Below are positions 1-9,663 of a DNA stretch of 64,000 nt, in pieces. Positions within the stretch are counted from its first letter, which is position 1. Every line of letters begins with the position of its first letter. The stretch is from a virus: positions 32,001-96,000 of IMG/VR virus record IMGVR_UViG_3300035670_000019; one strand, written 5' to 3'. The notes beneath the pieces are model-generated. The model was given only the letters and a program-made list of their open reading frames with translations, made no database searches and was not told the DNA's origin. The position numbers and the translations under genes were made by a program.

Positions 1-1242
1 AATAAAAATGACACATCAATTTATTTTGATAATTATGAAATGGCTCACTTCAGATTAATTACTGATGTGAATTATTTGCCTTATGGTCGTTCATATCTTG
101 AACCAGCTCGTAAGTTGTTTAAACAATATGTTTTGATGGAAGATGCAATGTTGATCCATCGTATTGTTCGTGCCCCAGAAAAAAGAATTTTTTATGTTAA
201 TGTAGGTTCTATTCCACCTAATGAGGTAGAAAACTTTATGCAAAAGACTATCTCACAGATGAAAAGAACTCCATATGTTGATCCACAAACTGGTGAGTAT
301 AATTTAAAATATAATTTACAAAACTCATTAGAAGACTTTTTTATACCTGTTAGAGGTAATGATACAACTACTCGAATTGAGCCTACTAAAGGTTTAGACT
401 ACACAGCAATTGAGGACGTAACTTACTTAAGAGATAAGTTATTTGCCGCTTTAAAAGTACCTAAAGCGTTTATGGGATATGAAAAAGACTTAACTGGTAA
501 AGCTACTTTAGCAGCAGAAGATATTCGTTTTGCTCGTACAATTGATCGCATTCAACGTATTATACTCTCAGAATTAAATAAAATTGCTTTGGTTCACTTG
601 TATACTCAAGGATATAGAAACGAACAATTGACTAATTTTGAACTATCATTAACTACTCCTTCTATCATCTATGACCAAGAAAGAATTGCGTTAATGAAAG
701 AAAAAGTAGATTTAGCTAAAAACATTATTGATGGTAAATTATTACCTACAGATTGGATTTACGACAATGTATTCCACTTAAGCCAGGATCAATATGATGA
801 GTATAGAGACTTAATCGCTGAAGATCAAAAGCGTATCTTTAGGTTTAAACAAATTGAAAATGAAGGTAACGACCCACTTGAATCAGGTAAGTCATATGGT
901 ACACCTCACGATTTAGCCGCATTATATGGTGCTGGTAGAAATGGAATGGGTGTTCCTGATGGTTATGATAAAGATGAACCTCTAGGAAGACCTAAAGAAA
1001 AAGCATCTATTGCTGGTACACAACAAAGTACTTTAGGTAAAGATAGATTAGGTAATATTGGTATGAAGAAAGGAGATGCTACAGGTGAAGATGGATCTTT
1101 AAAAAATAATTTTAAAGGTGGGTCACCACTTGCTTTAGAGACTAAAGATAAAAACAAAACTTTATTAGAATCTTTAGATAAAAAATTATCCCTTAAAAAA
1201 GAAGAATCTTCATTATTAGATGAATCTCAAATACGAGAATAA
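1..1242 (+). CDS. Portal protein, T4 gp20-like (5'-truncated by the window edge)
   Basis: Frame is open from base 1. Motifs PYGRSYLEPARK, LMEDAMLIHRIVRAPEKRIFYV, EDFFIPVRG, KLFAALKVPK and EDIRFARTIDRIQ are typical of gp20. Lies upstream of protease, scaffold and capsid. Confidence 0.95.
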   Translation, partial: NKNDTSIYFDNYEMAHFRLITDVNYLPYGRSYLEPARKLFKQYVLMEDAMLIHRIVRAPEKRIFYVNVGSIPPNEVENFMQKTISQMKRTPYVDPQTGEYNLKYNLQNSLEDFFIPVRGNDTTTRIEPTKGLDYTAIEDVTYLRDKLFAALKVPKAFMGYEKDLTGKATLAAEDIRFARTIDRIQRIILSELNKIALVHLYTQGYRNEQLTNFELSLTTPSIIYDQERIALMKEKVDLAKNIIDGKLLPTDWIYDNVFHLSQDQYDEYRDLIAEDQKRIFRFKQIENEGNDPLESGKSYGTPHDLAALYGAGRNGMGVPDGYDKDEPLGRPKEKASIAGTQQSTLGKDRLGNIGMKKGDATGEDGSLKNNFKGGSPLALETKDKNKTLLESLDKKLSLKKEESSLLDESQIRE

Positions 1243-1253
1243 TATCTCCATAT

Positions 1254-1262
1254 ATATTTATA
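1254..1262 (+). promoter_or_regulatory. Putative late promoter ATATTTATA (first of about 22 copies)
   Basis: ATATKTAT(A) recurs just upstream of starts at 1254, 4155, 7215, 7933, 13599, 18943, 22741, 23031, 24819, 25400, 26445, 30553, 38412, 46066, 47105, 49085, 53368, 58787, 59579, 60676, 63293 and 63689. Confidence 0.75.
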
Positions 1263-1282
1263 ACTAAAATATTACTCCTGGA

Positions 1283-2137
1283 ATGACTATAAAACATTCA
1301 AAGTATAAAAATACTGGTATCCTCTTTGAACTCTTAGTAAGACAAATTACAGCTGACACTTTATCAGGTGTTGAATCACAGGCTGTTAATATTCTTAAAA
1401 AATATTTTACTAAAACTGAATTAGGAAGAGAGTATAAATTATACGAGAGCTTTTTTAAGCATACTAACACTAGCGAAGCTAAAGCTGATATGGTTATTAG
1501 TACTCTTATAGAAAGTTCTAAGCAATTAAATCGTTCTGTTTTAAGAAGACAAAAATATAATCTAATTAAAGAAATTAAAAATCACTATGATTTAGAAGAA
1601 TTCTTTAAAACTAAGTTACCAAACTATAAAGCACAAGCTGCTTTGTTTACACTTTTAGAGGTTTACAACAGTGAAAATCTGTCTAACCCTGACCAGATTA
1701 TAGAAAATAAAACAGTTTTATTAGAATATCTTGTTAAGTCTCCTATTAATAAAAAAGAAGTTAGAGAAAATATCTTAGAAGAATTCAAAAACCAAGATAA
1801 AGATATTCGTGTGTTAGCATACAGAGTACTATTAGAAAAATTTAATGATAAGTATGCTGATTTAAATCCAAATCAGAAAGCCACATTAAAAGAATTTATT
1901 AATAGTGTTGATAACGCTCCTAAATTAAGAGAATTTTACAACACTAAAATAAACGAAATCAAAAATACTTTATTAACTCTAAACAAAAAAGTTACCAATA
2001 AAGCTATCCAGATAAAAGTAAATGAGGTTGTAAACATTTTACCAAGTCTAGGTAAAACAGATAAAGTTAATGATGATCATTTAATTAATCTCCTTCAGCA
2101 TTATCAGTTAGTTGAAGAACTAGAAACGGTAGAATGA
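1283..2137 (+). CDS. Hypothetical head-module protein (helical, 284 aa)
   Basis: Long ORF between portal and protease, preceded by the late motif. Confidence 0.8.
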   Translation: MTIKHSKYKNTGILFELLVRQITADTLSGVESQAVNILKKYFTKTELGREYKLYESFFKHTNTSEAKADMVISTLIESSKQLNRSVLRRQKYNLIKEIKNHYDLEEFFKTKLPNYKAQAALFTLLEVYNSENLSNPDQIIENKTVLLEYLVKSPINKKEVRENILEEFKNQDKDIRVLAYRVLLEKFNDKYADLNPNQKATLKEFINSVDNAPKLREFYNTKINEIKNTLLTLNKKVTNKAIQIKVNEVVNILPSLGKTDKVNDDHLINLLQHYQLVEELETVE

Positions 2138-2634
2138 GTGCTAAAGAAAAAATAAAAGAATTTGTACAGAAGCGATTAAAAGAAATAAGCGCTACAGGTA
2201 CTGGTGCTTCTACTATTCCTGGTGAAGGTATAGGTGTATCTACTAAACTTGCTTTTAATCCAAATAAAAAAGCTAAAGGTACCGCTCATAATTACTACTA
2301 CAAACTTGGTTTTAAACCTGTGAACCAAAAAGCTTTAAATAAAGCAGCTAAAGGTATTGAAGTAAAACACTTATGGGAAGAAGAAGAACCCAAATTTGAT
2401 ATTGAAGGTTTTGTTAATAGTTTAGGAGTTGATGAAGAAACAAAACAATATATAGCAGGACGATTAGGAGATTTTGATCTAATAGCAGATAAGCTAAAAG
2501 AACTTATCAAACTAATCCAGGAAGCTAAAAAAGAAACAATAAATAGCTATAGAGAAACACCAGAAAAGAAATCAGTATATGGTACTGATTTAGCTATTTC
2601 AATACTTGATAGAGCAATAAAATTATTTACATAA
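2134..2634 (+). CDS. Hypothetical head-associated protein
   Basis: ATGA overlap with the upstream gene. N-terminus ends in LKE, a possible prohead-protease site. Confidence 0.75.
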   Translation: MSAKEKIKEFVQKRLKEISATGTGASTIPGEGIGVSTKLAFNPNKKAKGTAHNYYYKLGFKPVNQKALNKAAKGIEVKHLWEEEEPKFDIEGFVNSLGVDEETKQYIAGRLGDFDLIADKLKELIKLIQEAKKETINSYRETPEKKSVYGTDLAISILDRAIKLFT

Positions 2635-2636
2635 AC

Positions 2637-3452
2637 ATGAAAACACTTCAAACACAATATAACCTTATTAAAGAAGGTAAAGGCGATAAAGCATACTTTA
2701 TGAAACTTGCTCGCTACAACTTCCCAGACCTTATTACTCCTGTATTATCATATAATGATACTATTACTGTATTAAAAAATAAAAGTATCTTATCTGAAGG
2801 TATTGGTGGTGTAGTAACTAAAGGTAAAACACCTGATTGGCATTCTATCTTTAAAGAAAATATTACTGAAGCTACTAAAGAAGCTAAAGCTGAAGAAAAA
2901 GAAACTACTAAAGAAGTAACTGACATGGCAACACGTGGTTATGACTATAAGGATGAAAAAAATTATGATAATGTATTTGGTCAAGAATTCTTAAAAGGAT
3001 TCTATACTGAAATGCAAGATCCTAAAAATGAAGATAAAACAGTAGAAGAATTAAGAGCAATTGTAGCTAAAAACTTAGCTAAAGACTGTAATTACTATGT
3101 TAAAGATGGCCAATTTGGTATTAAAGGTGTGGGTTATACTGTTGATGCTCCCGGTTTAGGAGAACCAAAACCTGCTAAAGGTAAGCATAAATCTTCAGGT
3201 TATGGTGATTTACAAGAATCAGTATTACGTTCTCAAATTTATTTGTTAGCTAAAGAAATGTTATTTGAAGAAGATAAAAAAGATTCTAAAGAAAATAAAA
3301 AATCTGAATCAAAAATAATTGATGCTTTAAGAAAAGAATATAAATTTGATTTAAAAGGTGTAGAGAATGATAAAAATTGGGACAAATTATCTACCAAATC
3401 AAAATTAAAAGTTAAAGATTATATACGATTTGATATGAATCAAGAGCATTAA
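2637..3452 (+). CDS. Hypothetical head/prohead core protein
   Basis: 271-aa charged ORF with several (L/I)xE motifs (IKE, LSE, ITE, LQE, LFE), next to the protease. Confidence 0.75.
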   Translation: MKTLQTQYNLIKEGKGDKAYFMKLARYNFPDLITPVLSYNDTITVLKNKSILSEGIGGVVTKGKTPDWHSIFKENITEATKEAKAEEKETTKEVTDMATRGYDYKDEKNYDNVFGQEFLKGFYTEMQDPKNEDKTVEELRAIVAKNLAKDCNYYVKDGQFGIKGVGYTVDAPGLGEPKPAKGKHKSSGYGDLQESVLRSQIYLLAKEMLFEEDKKDSKENKKSESKIIDALRKEYKFDLKGVENDKNWDKLSTKSKLKVKDYIRFDMNQEH

Positions 3453-3454
3453 TT

Positions 3455-4066
3455 ATGAAACAAATACTTATTGAAACCCAAACATTCTCTGCCAAACCAG
3501 TCAAATTAATTGAAGGTAAAGGTAGTAATAACAATATATTAGTTCAAGGTATATTAGCAACAGCCGAAGTAAAAAACGGTAATGGTCGCTATTATTCAAG
3601 AGATTTATGGGAAAGAGAAATTAATAAGTATATGGAGAGTGTTAATGCCAATAGAGCATTAGGCGAACTAGATCATCCTGATTCTTCTATTATTAATTTA
3701 AAAAATGTATCCCATAATATTAAAAAAATATGGTGGGATGGAGATAATGTGATGGGAGCAATAGAAATTCTACCTACCCCTTCAGGCAATATATTATCTG
3801 CTTTATTTCAAAACAATATTCCAGTAGGTGTATCATCACGTGGTATGGGTTCATTAAAACAAATGGGTGAACTAATGGAAGTACAAGATGATTTTGAATT
3901 ATTATGTTGGGATTTTGTCTCAACCCCATCAAACCCAGGTTCATATATGAAAGAAAAAGGCATGATGAATGAATCTAAAACACCTCAACAATATAACCAA
4001 TATGCTAAAGTAAATTCTATTATCACAGACATACTTTGTGCTAATGGAACTTGCCCAATATTTTAA
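3455..4066 (+). CDS. Prohead core protease, T4 gp21-like
   Basis: Motifs NGNGRYY, ALGELDHP, NVSH, GVSSRGMGS and WDFVSTPS. Confidence 0.95.
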   Translation: MKQILIETQTFSAKPVKLIEGKGSNNNILVQGILATAEVKNGNGRYYSRDLWEREINKYMESVNANRALGELDHPDSSIINLKNVSHNIKKIWWDGDNVMGAIEILPTPSGNILSALFQNNIPVGVSSRGMGSLKQMGELMEVQDDFELLCWDFVSTPSNPGSYMKEKGMMNESKTPQQYNQYAKVNSIITDILCANGTCPIF

Positions 4067-4094
4067 CCCCTCTTAAAATAGCATTTTAAGATTG

Positions 4095-4124
4095 ATGCCT
4101 CACAAAAGTGAGGCATTTCTTTTT
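4095..4124 (+). terminator. Rho-independent terminator after the protease
   Basis: ATGCCTCAC-AAAA-GTGAGGCAT followed by TTCTTTTT. Confidence 0.85.
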
Positions 4125-4255
4125 CCCAAAATGTAATTTTTAATAGATCCATATATATGTATATTCAAATATGCTACCCTTTCCCCTTATGTAGCATTAA
4201 TTAGTTAATAAATCTATTACGTTTCCTATTAAACGTATTTCCAAAACAAATTTAT

Positions 4256-5446
4256 TTGAGGACAATGAACAGAGAAATGCTAAAAGAATGCATTGCTGAT
4301 GCTAAAACTATTAGAGAAACAGCAATTGCAAGCGCAAAAGTAGCTCTTGAAGAAGCATTCACTCCCCAACTCACTGCTATGTTTGCTGAAAGGTTAAATG
4401 AGCTTGAATTAGAGGAAGCTGAAACTGAAAAAGAGCCAACTGATGAAATGTACAGTAATGAAGAAAAGAAAGAAGAAAATCTTGAAGAAGATTTTAATCT
4501 TGAAGAACTTCTTGCTGAGTTATCAATGGAAGAAGAACAAGAACCTACAATGGAAGGTGAAGACACGGAAGATGAGCCATTAGAAGAAAATCTAATGCTT
4601 GAAGACATGTCTGACGAAGAAATTGAAGAACTTGTTATGCAAGTCATTGATGACATGATCGCATCTGGTAAGCTTATGCCTGGTGAAGGCGAAGAAGAAG
4701 ACATGGAAGACATGGAAGACATGGGTGATGAAGAAGAAGTAGAAGATGAAGAAATCGATATTGATGAAATTTTATCTGAAGCTGATTCTGAAGAAGTTAA
4801 AGAAGAAATGGTAAATGAAGGAGCAGCAATGGAGCTTTTTCAAGCTATTTTAGATCAATTTAGCTCCGCTAAAGAATTCTTCCAAGGGTTATATGATATA
4901 ATACAACAAGGAGGAGATCCAGAAGTATACATGATGGAAAAAGGACAAAACCCTACAGTTTTAGCTGGCATTGGCTCAGCTTTAGGATTTGGGGTTTTAT
5001 TAGCTAAAGTATTTGGAAAATCTGCTGTTGATAAATTAAAAGCATTTTATCAAAAATATGGTAAAGGAGCTAAATCAACAACTGAAGCTACAAATGAAGA
5101 AATGGAAGAAACTATCAATGAGCTTCGCAAAGAACTCAACGAAGTTAATCTATTAAACGCTAAGCTTCTTTACACCAACAAAATCTTCAAAGCTAAGAAT
5201 CTTACCGAATCAGAAAAAATCAAGGTTTTAAACACGTTTGACAAAGCAGAAACTGTTAAGGAAGTTAAACTCGTATTCGAAACTTTAACTGAATCTTTTA
5301 AAGCTACTACAGCTAAAAAGAATCCAATTAAAGAATCATTAGGATCAGCTTCTAAAACAATTTCAACTGCTACCCCTAAACAACCAATTATTGAGGTTAA
5401 TAGCGCTTTTGCTCGTATGCAGCAACTTGCTGGCCTCAGAAAGTAA
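4256..5446 (+). CDS. Prohead scaffold/core protein (gp22-like position); start may be ATG at 4265
   Basis: Very acidic coiled-coil protein between protease and capsid, with many LxE sites. C-terminal EVNLLNAKLLY...RMQQLAGL. Confidence 0.85.
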   Translation: MRTMNREMLKECIADAKTIRETAIASAKVALEEAFTPQLTAMFAERLNELELEEAETEKEPTDEMYSNEEKKEENLEEDFNLEELLAELSMEEEQEPTMEGEDTEDEPLEENLMLEDMSDEEIEELVMQVIDDMIASGKLMPGEGEEEDMEDMEDMGDEEEVEDEEIDIDEILSEADSEEVKEEMVNEGAAMELFQAILDQFSSAKEFFQGLYDIIQQGGDPEVYMMEKGQNPTVLAGIGSALGFGVLLAKVFGKSAVDKLKAFYQKYGKGAKSTTEATNEEMEETINELRKELNEVNLLNAKLLYTNKIFKAKNLTESEKIKVLNTFDKAETVKEVKLVFETLTESFKATTAKKNPIKESLGSASKTISTATPKQPIIEVNSAFARMQQLAGLRK

Positions 5447-5484
5447 AAATTAAACATTAACAATTAAATCAATTTTTTAAAATT

Positions 5485-7155
5485 ATGGAAACAATTCAAC
5501 AATTAGTTGAGTCTGCCAACCCATGGAGATCACTTCAGAGTGATGCAGCTAAATTAGCTCGCAAGTGGGAAAAAACCGGCCTTTTGGAAGGTCTTGGTGA
5601 AGACGTCAACAAGAACAACATGGCTTTGATGTTGGAAAACCAAGCAAAGCAATTAGTAGTAGAAACATCTCAAACTGGTACTGGTGCTACTTTTACAGTA
5701 GGCACTGGTGAACAATGGGCTGGTATTGCGCTTCCTTTAGTACGTAAGGTATTTGGTCAGATCGCTGCAAAAGAATTTGTTAGCGTTCAACCAATGAACT
5801 TACCTTCAGGTCTTGTGTTTTTCCTTGACTTCCAGTATGGCACTACTAAGAGCCCATTTACCTCAGGTAATTCTATGTACGGTAATCGTACTTCAACTCA
5901 GTATCCATTTGCTACCCCAGCTGCTGAAGGTGGTTTATATGGTGCTGGTCGTTTTACTTACTCTACTAACCAATTCTCTGCTTCTGTAGCATCTGGTTCT
6001 AACGTTGTTACTCAAGCAACAATTGGTACAGCTACTTGGGCTACAGTAAATTATAATTCTGATTTATCAGCTTCAGTTGCTTCATTATACACTGTCACTA
6101 TCTCAGCTAGTGGTGTACTTTCAAACCCAGATCTAGATGCAGTTCGTGGTTTCTTAGTTAGTGGCTTAACTAATCAAGTTGGTACATACAATCTTCAAGC
6201 TTTCACTACTTATAGTAATTCAACTGATAAAATTACATTTGTAGTATCAGCTTCTTCTTCTCCAACTGGTACAGCTTTAGTAGAATATAACAAAACTACA
6301 GCTGATAACAAGCGTGGTGATTTTGAAGATGGTAGTACATATGCTATTCCTAACGCTGAAAGCTCAACAGCAATTTCTATCCCAGAAATCAACATCTCGA
6401 TGCAATCTCAAGCCATCACAGCTAAGACTAAAAAGTTAAAGGCTGTATGGACTCCTGAATTTGCTCAGGACTTGAACGCATATCAAAACTTAGATGCTGA
6501 AGCTGAATTGACTAACATCATGAGTGAGTACATCTCATTGGAAATCGACCTCGAAATCCTTGATATGTTGATCCAAGATGTTCCTTCAACCAATATTGAA
6601 TATTGGACAGCTCAAAACAATGGTGTTTATAATTCAGCTAACACTAACGGATTTGATTTCCCATCATCAACTAGCCAAACTGGATTCTACAACACTCAAG
6701 GTCAATGGTTCCAAACTCTTGGTACTAAACTTCAAAAGTTGAGCAATAAGATTCACCAGTTAACCCTTCGTGGTGGTGCTAACTTCATGGTAGTTTCTCC
6801 AACTGTAGCTACAATCATCGAGTCTATTCCTGGATTCGCTGCTAACAGCAACGGTGATGCTGCTGACATGGAATATGCATTTGGTGTACAGAAAGCTGGT
6901 CAATTCAACAGCCGTTACACTGTTTATAAGAATCCTTACATGACTGAAAACACTATCTTAGTTGGTTTCCGTGGTAAGCAATTCTTGGAAGCAGGTGCTG
7001 TGTTTGCTCCTTACATTCCATTGATCATGACACCTCTTATCTACGATCCAGATACCTTCACTCCACGTAAAGGTCTCTTGACTCGCTATGCTAAGAAGAT
7101 GTTACGTCCTGAATTCTATGGTAAAGTATTAGTAAGCGGTTTAAATACCCTCTAA
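5485..7155 (+). CDS. Major capsid protein, T4 gp23-like
   Basis: Motifs VSVQPMNLPSGLVF, AKTKKLKAVWTPEFAQDL, FAPYIPL and DPDTFTPRKGLLTRY. Confidence 0.97.
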   Translation: METIQQLVESANPWRSLQSDAAKLARKWEKTGLLEGLGEDVNKNNMALMLENQAKQLVVETSQTGTGATFTVGTGEQWAGIALPLVRKVFGQIAAKEFVSVQPMNLPSGLVFFLDFQYGTTKSPFTSGNSMYGNRTSTQYPFATPAAEGGLYGAGRFTYSTNQFSASVASGSNVVTQATIGTATWATVNYNSDLSASVASLYTVTISASGVLSNPDLDAVRGFLVSGLTNQVGTYNLQAFTTYSNSTDKITFVVSASSSPTGTALVEYNKTTADNKRGDFEDGSTYAIPNAESSTAISIPEINISMQSQAITAKTKKLKAVWTPEFAQDLNAYQNLDAEAELTNIMSEYISLEIDLEILDMLIQDVPSTNIEYWTAQNNGVYNSANTNGFDFPSSTSQTGFYNTQGQWFQTLGTKLQKLSNKIHQLTLRGGANFMVVSPTVATIIESIPGFAANSNGDAADMEYAFGVQKAGQFNSRYTVYKNPYMTENTILVGFRGKQFLEAGAVFAPYIPLIMTPLIYDPDTFTPRKGLLTRYAKKMLRPEFYGKVLVSGLNTL

Positions 7156-7177
7156 ACTAACCCAATAACTAACAATT

Positions 7178-7203
7178 AAGCCCAGAGAAATCTGGGCTTT
7201 TTT
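7178..7203 (+). terminator. Rho-independent terminator after the capsid gene
   Basis: AAGCCCAGA-GAAA-TCTGGGCTT plus a T-run. Confidence 0.9.
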
Positions 7204-7236
7204 GTTCTGTTTTAATATTTATCAATAAACAAAAAT

Positions 7237-7932
7237 ATGACTGACTTTAATCGAAGTGAAGAGGCTCAACAGATTTTTAAAGAAAAACGTAAGCCAAAAA
7301 ACCCAATCTCATTTAAAATCCAACTTAATGAAGAACAAAAGTTAGCAAAACAAGTTATTTTAGATAGTCCTGTCACATTATTAAGAGGTATGGCTGGTAG
7401 TGGTAAAACATTAGTAGCATGCCAAGTTGCTTTAGATTTAGTATTTAAAAAAGATGCTGAAAGAATCATCATTACTAGACCTACAGTTGCTAAAGAAGAA
7501 ATAGGTTTCTTACCTGGTGATTTAAAAGAAAAAATGGATCCATGGTTAGCTCCTATCTATGCTAACCTTTACATGTTGTATGATAAAGCAAAGATAGATA
7601 AAATGATCCAAGACCAGACAATTGAGATTGTACCATTTGCGTTTATGCGAGGCAGAACATTTCCTGATGCTGTAGTAATTGTAGATGAATGTCAAAATAT
7701 TACTCACGGACAAACAGAAATGATATTAGGTCGTTTAGGTAAAGGTGGTAAAATGATTTTTTGTGGAGATATAACTCAAACTGACTTGAAAAACAGAAAA
7801 GACAGTGGTATTGGATTCTTCACTCGTATGGAAGAAAATATTAAAGGAGTAAAAATATTTACTTTAAAAACAAACCATAGACATGAGATTGTAGAACCAA
7901 TCCTTAAACTTTACTCAGAATATAGAGATTAA
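7237..7932 (+). CDS. phoH: PhoH-family ATPase
   Basis: Walker A GMAGSGKT, then ITRP, IGFLPGDLKEK, FMRGRTF, VDECQN and GDITQTD. Confidence 0.95.
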   Translation: MTDFNRSEEAQQIFKEKRKPKNPISFKIQLNEEQKLAKQVILDSPVTLLRGMAGSGKTLVACQVALDLVFKKDAERIIITRPTVAKEEIGFLPGDLKEKMDPWLAPIYANLYMLYDKAKIDKMIQDQTIEIVPFAFMRGRTFPDAVVIVDECQNITHGQTEMILGRLGKGGKMIFCGDITQTDLKNRKDSGIGFFTRMEENIKGVKIFTLKTNHRHEIVEPILKLYSEYRD

Positions 7933-7954
7933 ATATTTATAATTAAAACACATC

Positions 7955-9154
7955 ATGAATATACCTATTTGGCCCGGGTCTAGCTCTTTTGCTCTTTATT
8001 CTGCTTCTTATTATAATACACCATCAACAGGTAGTGCTCCTACTCCTTTTGGTTTATTTGATAGTGATGCTCAATTTAAAACAGATGCCGATAAAATAGC
8101 CAATTATTGTGCCAGAAGATTAGGATACCCATTAACAGATATTGAATTACAGGATATAAGTTTTTGGGCTGCTTTTGAAGATGCTATTATTACTTATGGT
8201 AATGAAGTATATTCATTTCAAATAAGAGATAATTTATTATCTTTAGAAGGAGCACCCACTTCAGCTTATGTTAATGATGCTATTATCACTCCTAATATGG
8301 GAACTATAATTAAGCTATCCCAACAGTATGCTTCTGAAGCAGGAGCAGGAGGTAATATAACTTACTATAGTGGTGCTTTAGCTTTAACCCCAGGCCAACA
8401 AACATATGACTTAAAAAATTGGGCTGTAAGCCAAAGTATATCAGGTGGGATAGAAATTAAAAAAGTATTTTACCAAGACCTACCCGCTATAAATCAGATG
8501 TATGCTCCATTTGGGGGATTTGCTGGCTTAGGAGGTTTACCTGCCGCTGGTATCTATGGTGGCATGTATGGTGGCGGCTACGGTGGAGGTTACTTAATGA
8601 TGCCGGTAGCATATGATGCTGGTGTGATTCAAGGACTTGAATTAAGTAACACCATTAGATTGTCAAATTATACATTTGAAATTATAAATAATAATATTAA
8701 AATATTCCCTATACCATCCGATAATGATGTTAGAGGAGGATTTTTATGGTTTGAATATATTAAACTAGAAGATAGATATACTGATAGTATAACTCAAACT
8801 GGAGGTGATAAAGTAACAAATATATCAAATGCCCCTTATGATTACCCAACTTATTCTTTAATAAATTCAGTTGGTAGATCATGGATATTTGATTATGCAT
8901 TGGCTCTTAGTAAAGAAATGTTAGGATATGTTCGAGGTAAATATGGAACAATCCCTATCCCAGGCCGCGAAGTAACTTTAAATCAAGCTGATTTATTAGC
9001 AGCTGCTACAGCTGAAAAAACAGCTTTAATAGAACGATTAAGAGCTTATCTTGATGAAACTTCTAAACGTTCTTTACTTGAAAGAAGAGCACAAGAAAGT
9101 GACTTTAGAAAGCAAGAAATCAATAATGTACCAATGGTAATATACATAGGATAA
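7955..9154 (+). CDS. Neck/head-tail adaptor protein, gp13-like
   Basis: RRLGYP..DIEL at the N-terminus and WIFDYALALSKEMLGYVRGKY...PG...LN at the C-terminus. Position after the capsid gene fits. Confidence 0.8.
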   Translation: MNIPIWPGSSSFALYSASYYNTPSTGSAPTPFGLFDSDAQFKTDADKIANYCARRLGYPLTDIELQDISFWAAFEDAIITYGNEVYSFQIRDNLLSLEGAPTSAYVNDAIITPNMGTIIKLSQQYASEAGAGGNITYYSGALALTPGQQTYDLKNWAVSQSISGGIEIKKVFYQDLPAINQMYAPFGGFAGLGGLPAAGIYGGMYGGGYGGGYLMMPVAYDAGVIQGLELSNTIRLSNYTFEIINNNIKIFPIPSDNDVRGGFLWFEYIKLEDRYTDSITQTGGDKVTNISNAPYDYPTYSLINSVGRSWIFDYALALSKEMLGYVRGKYGTIPIPGREVTLNQADLLAAATAEKTALIERLRAYLDETSKRSLLERRAQESDFRKQEINNVPMVIYIG

Positions 9155-9663
9155 TGGCACTATTTGGCGGATCAAGAGATGTTAGTGTATTTAGACATGT
9201 CAACCGAGAGTTGCTAGGGAATGTTATCACTCAACAGTGTGCTCTATACAAATTTTCCTTAGAACAAACAACTGTTAATATGTACGGAGAAGCTTCTGGA
9301 GGTAAATTTTTACAAGGTCCATACTTATTTAATTCTTTAATTGAAGTTAATGCTACTACTTCACCTGTAAGTGAATTGGGTGTTGATTTTGATTGGGGTA
9401 TAACAGTATCTTTTTTAAGAGATGACTTAGTAGAAGCAGATGTTCATCCTGAAGTAGGTGATATTATCCTGTATCAAGAAAGTTATTTTGAAATAGATAA
9501 CACTAATGAAACCCAATATTTCGCAGGCAAAAACCCAGATTTCCCATATGAAGCTAATCCTACAAACCCAGGCTTAAGTAATTTTGGCTACAATGTTAGT
9601 ATTATTTGTACAGCCCACTACACACCAGCAGACAGACTTAATATAATCAAACAAAGATTATGA
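9154..9663 (+). CDS. Neck/head completion protein, gp14-like
   Basis: NMYGE and PEVGDII motifs; synteny with the gp13- and gp15-like genes. Confidence 0.7.
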   Translation: MALFGGSRDVSVFRHVNRELLGNVITQQCALYKFSLEQTTVNMYGEASGGKFLQGPYLFNSLIEVNATTSPVSELGVDFDWGITVSFLRDDLVEADVHPEVGDIILYQESYFEIDNTNETQYFAGKNPDFPYEANPTNPGLSNFGYNVSIICTAHYTPADRLNIIKQRL

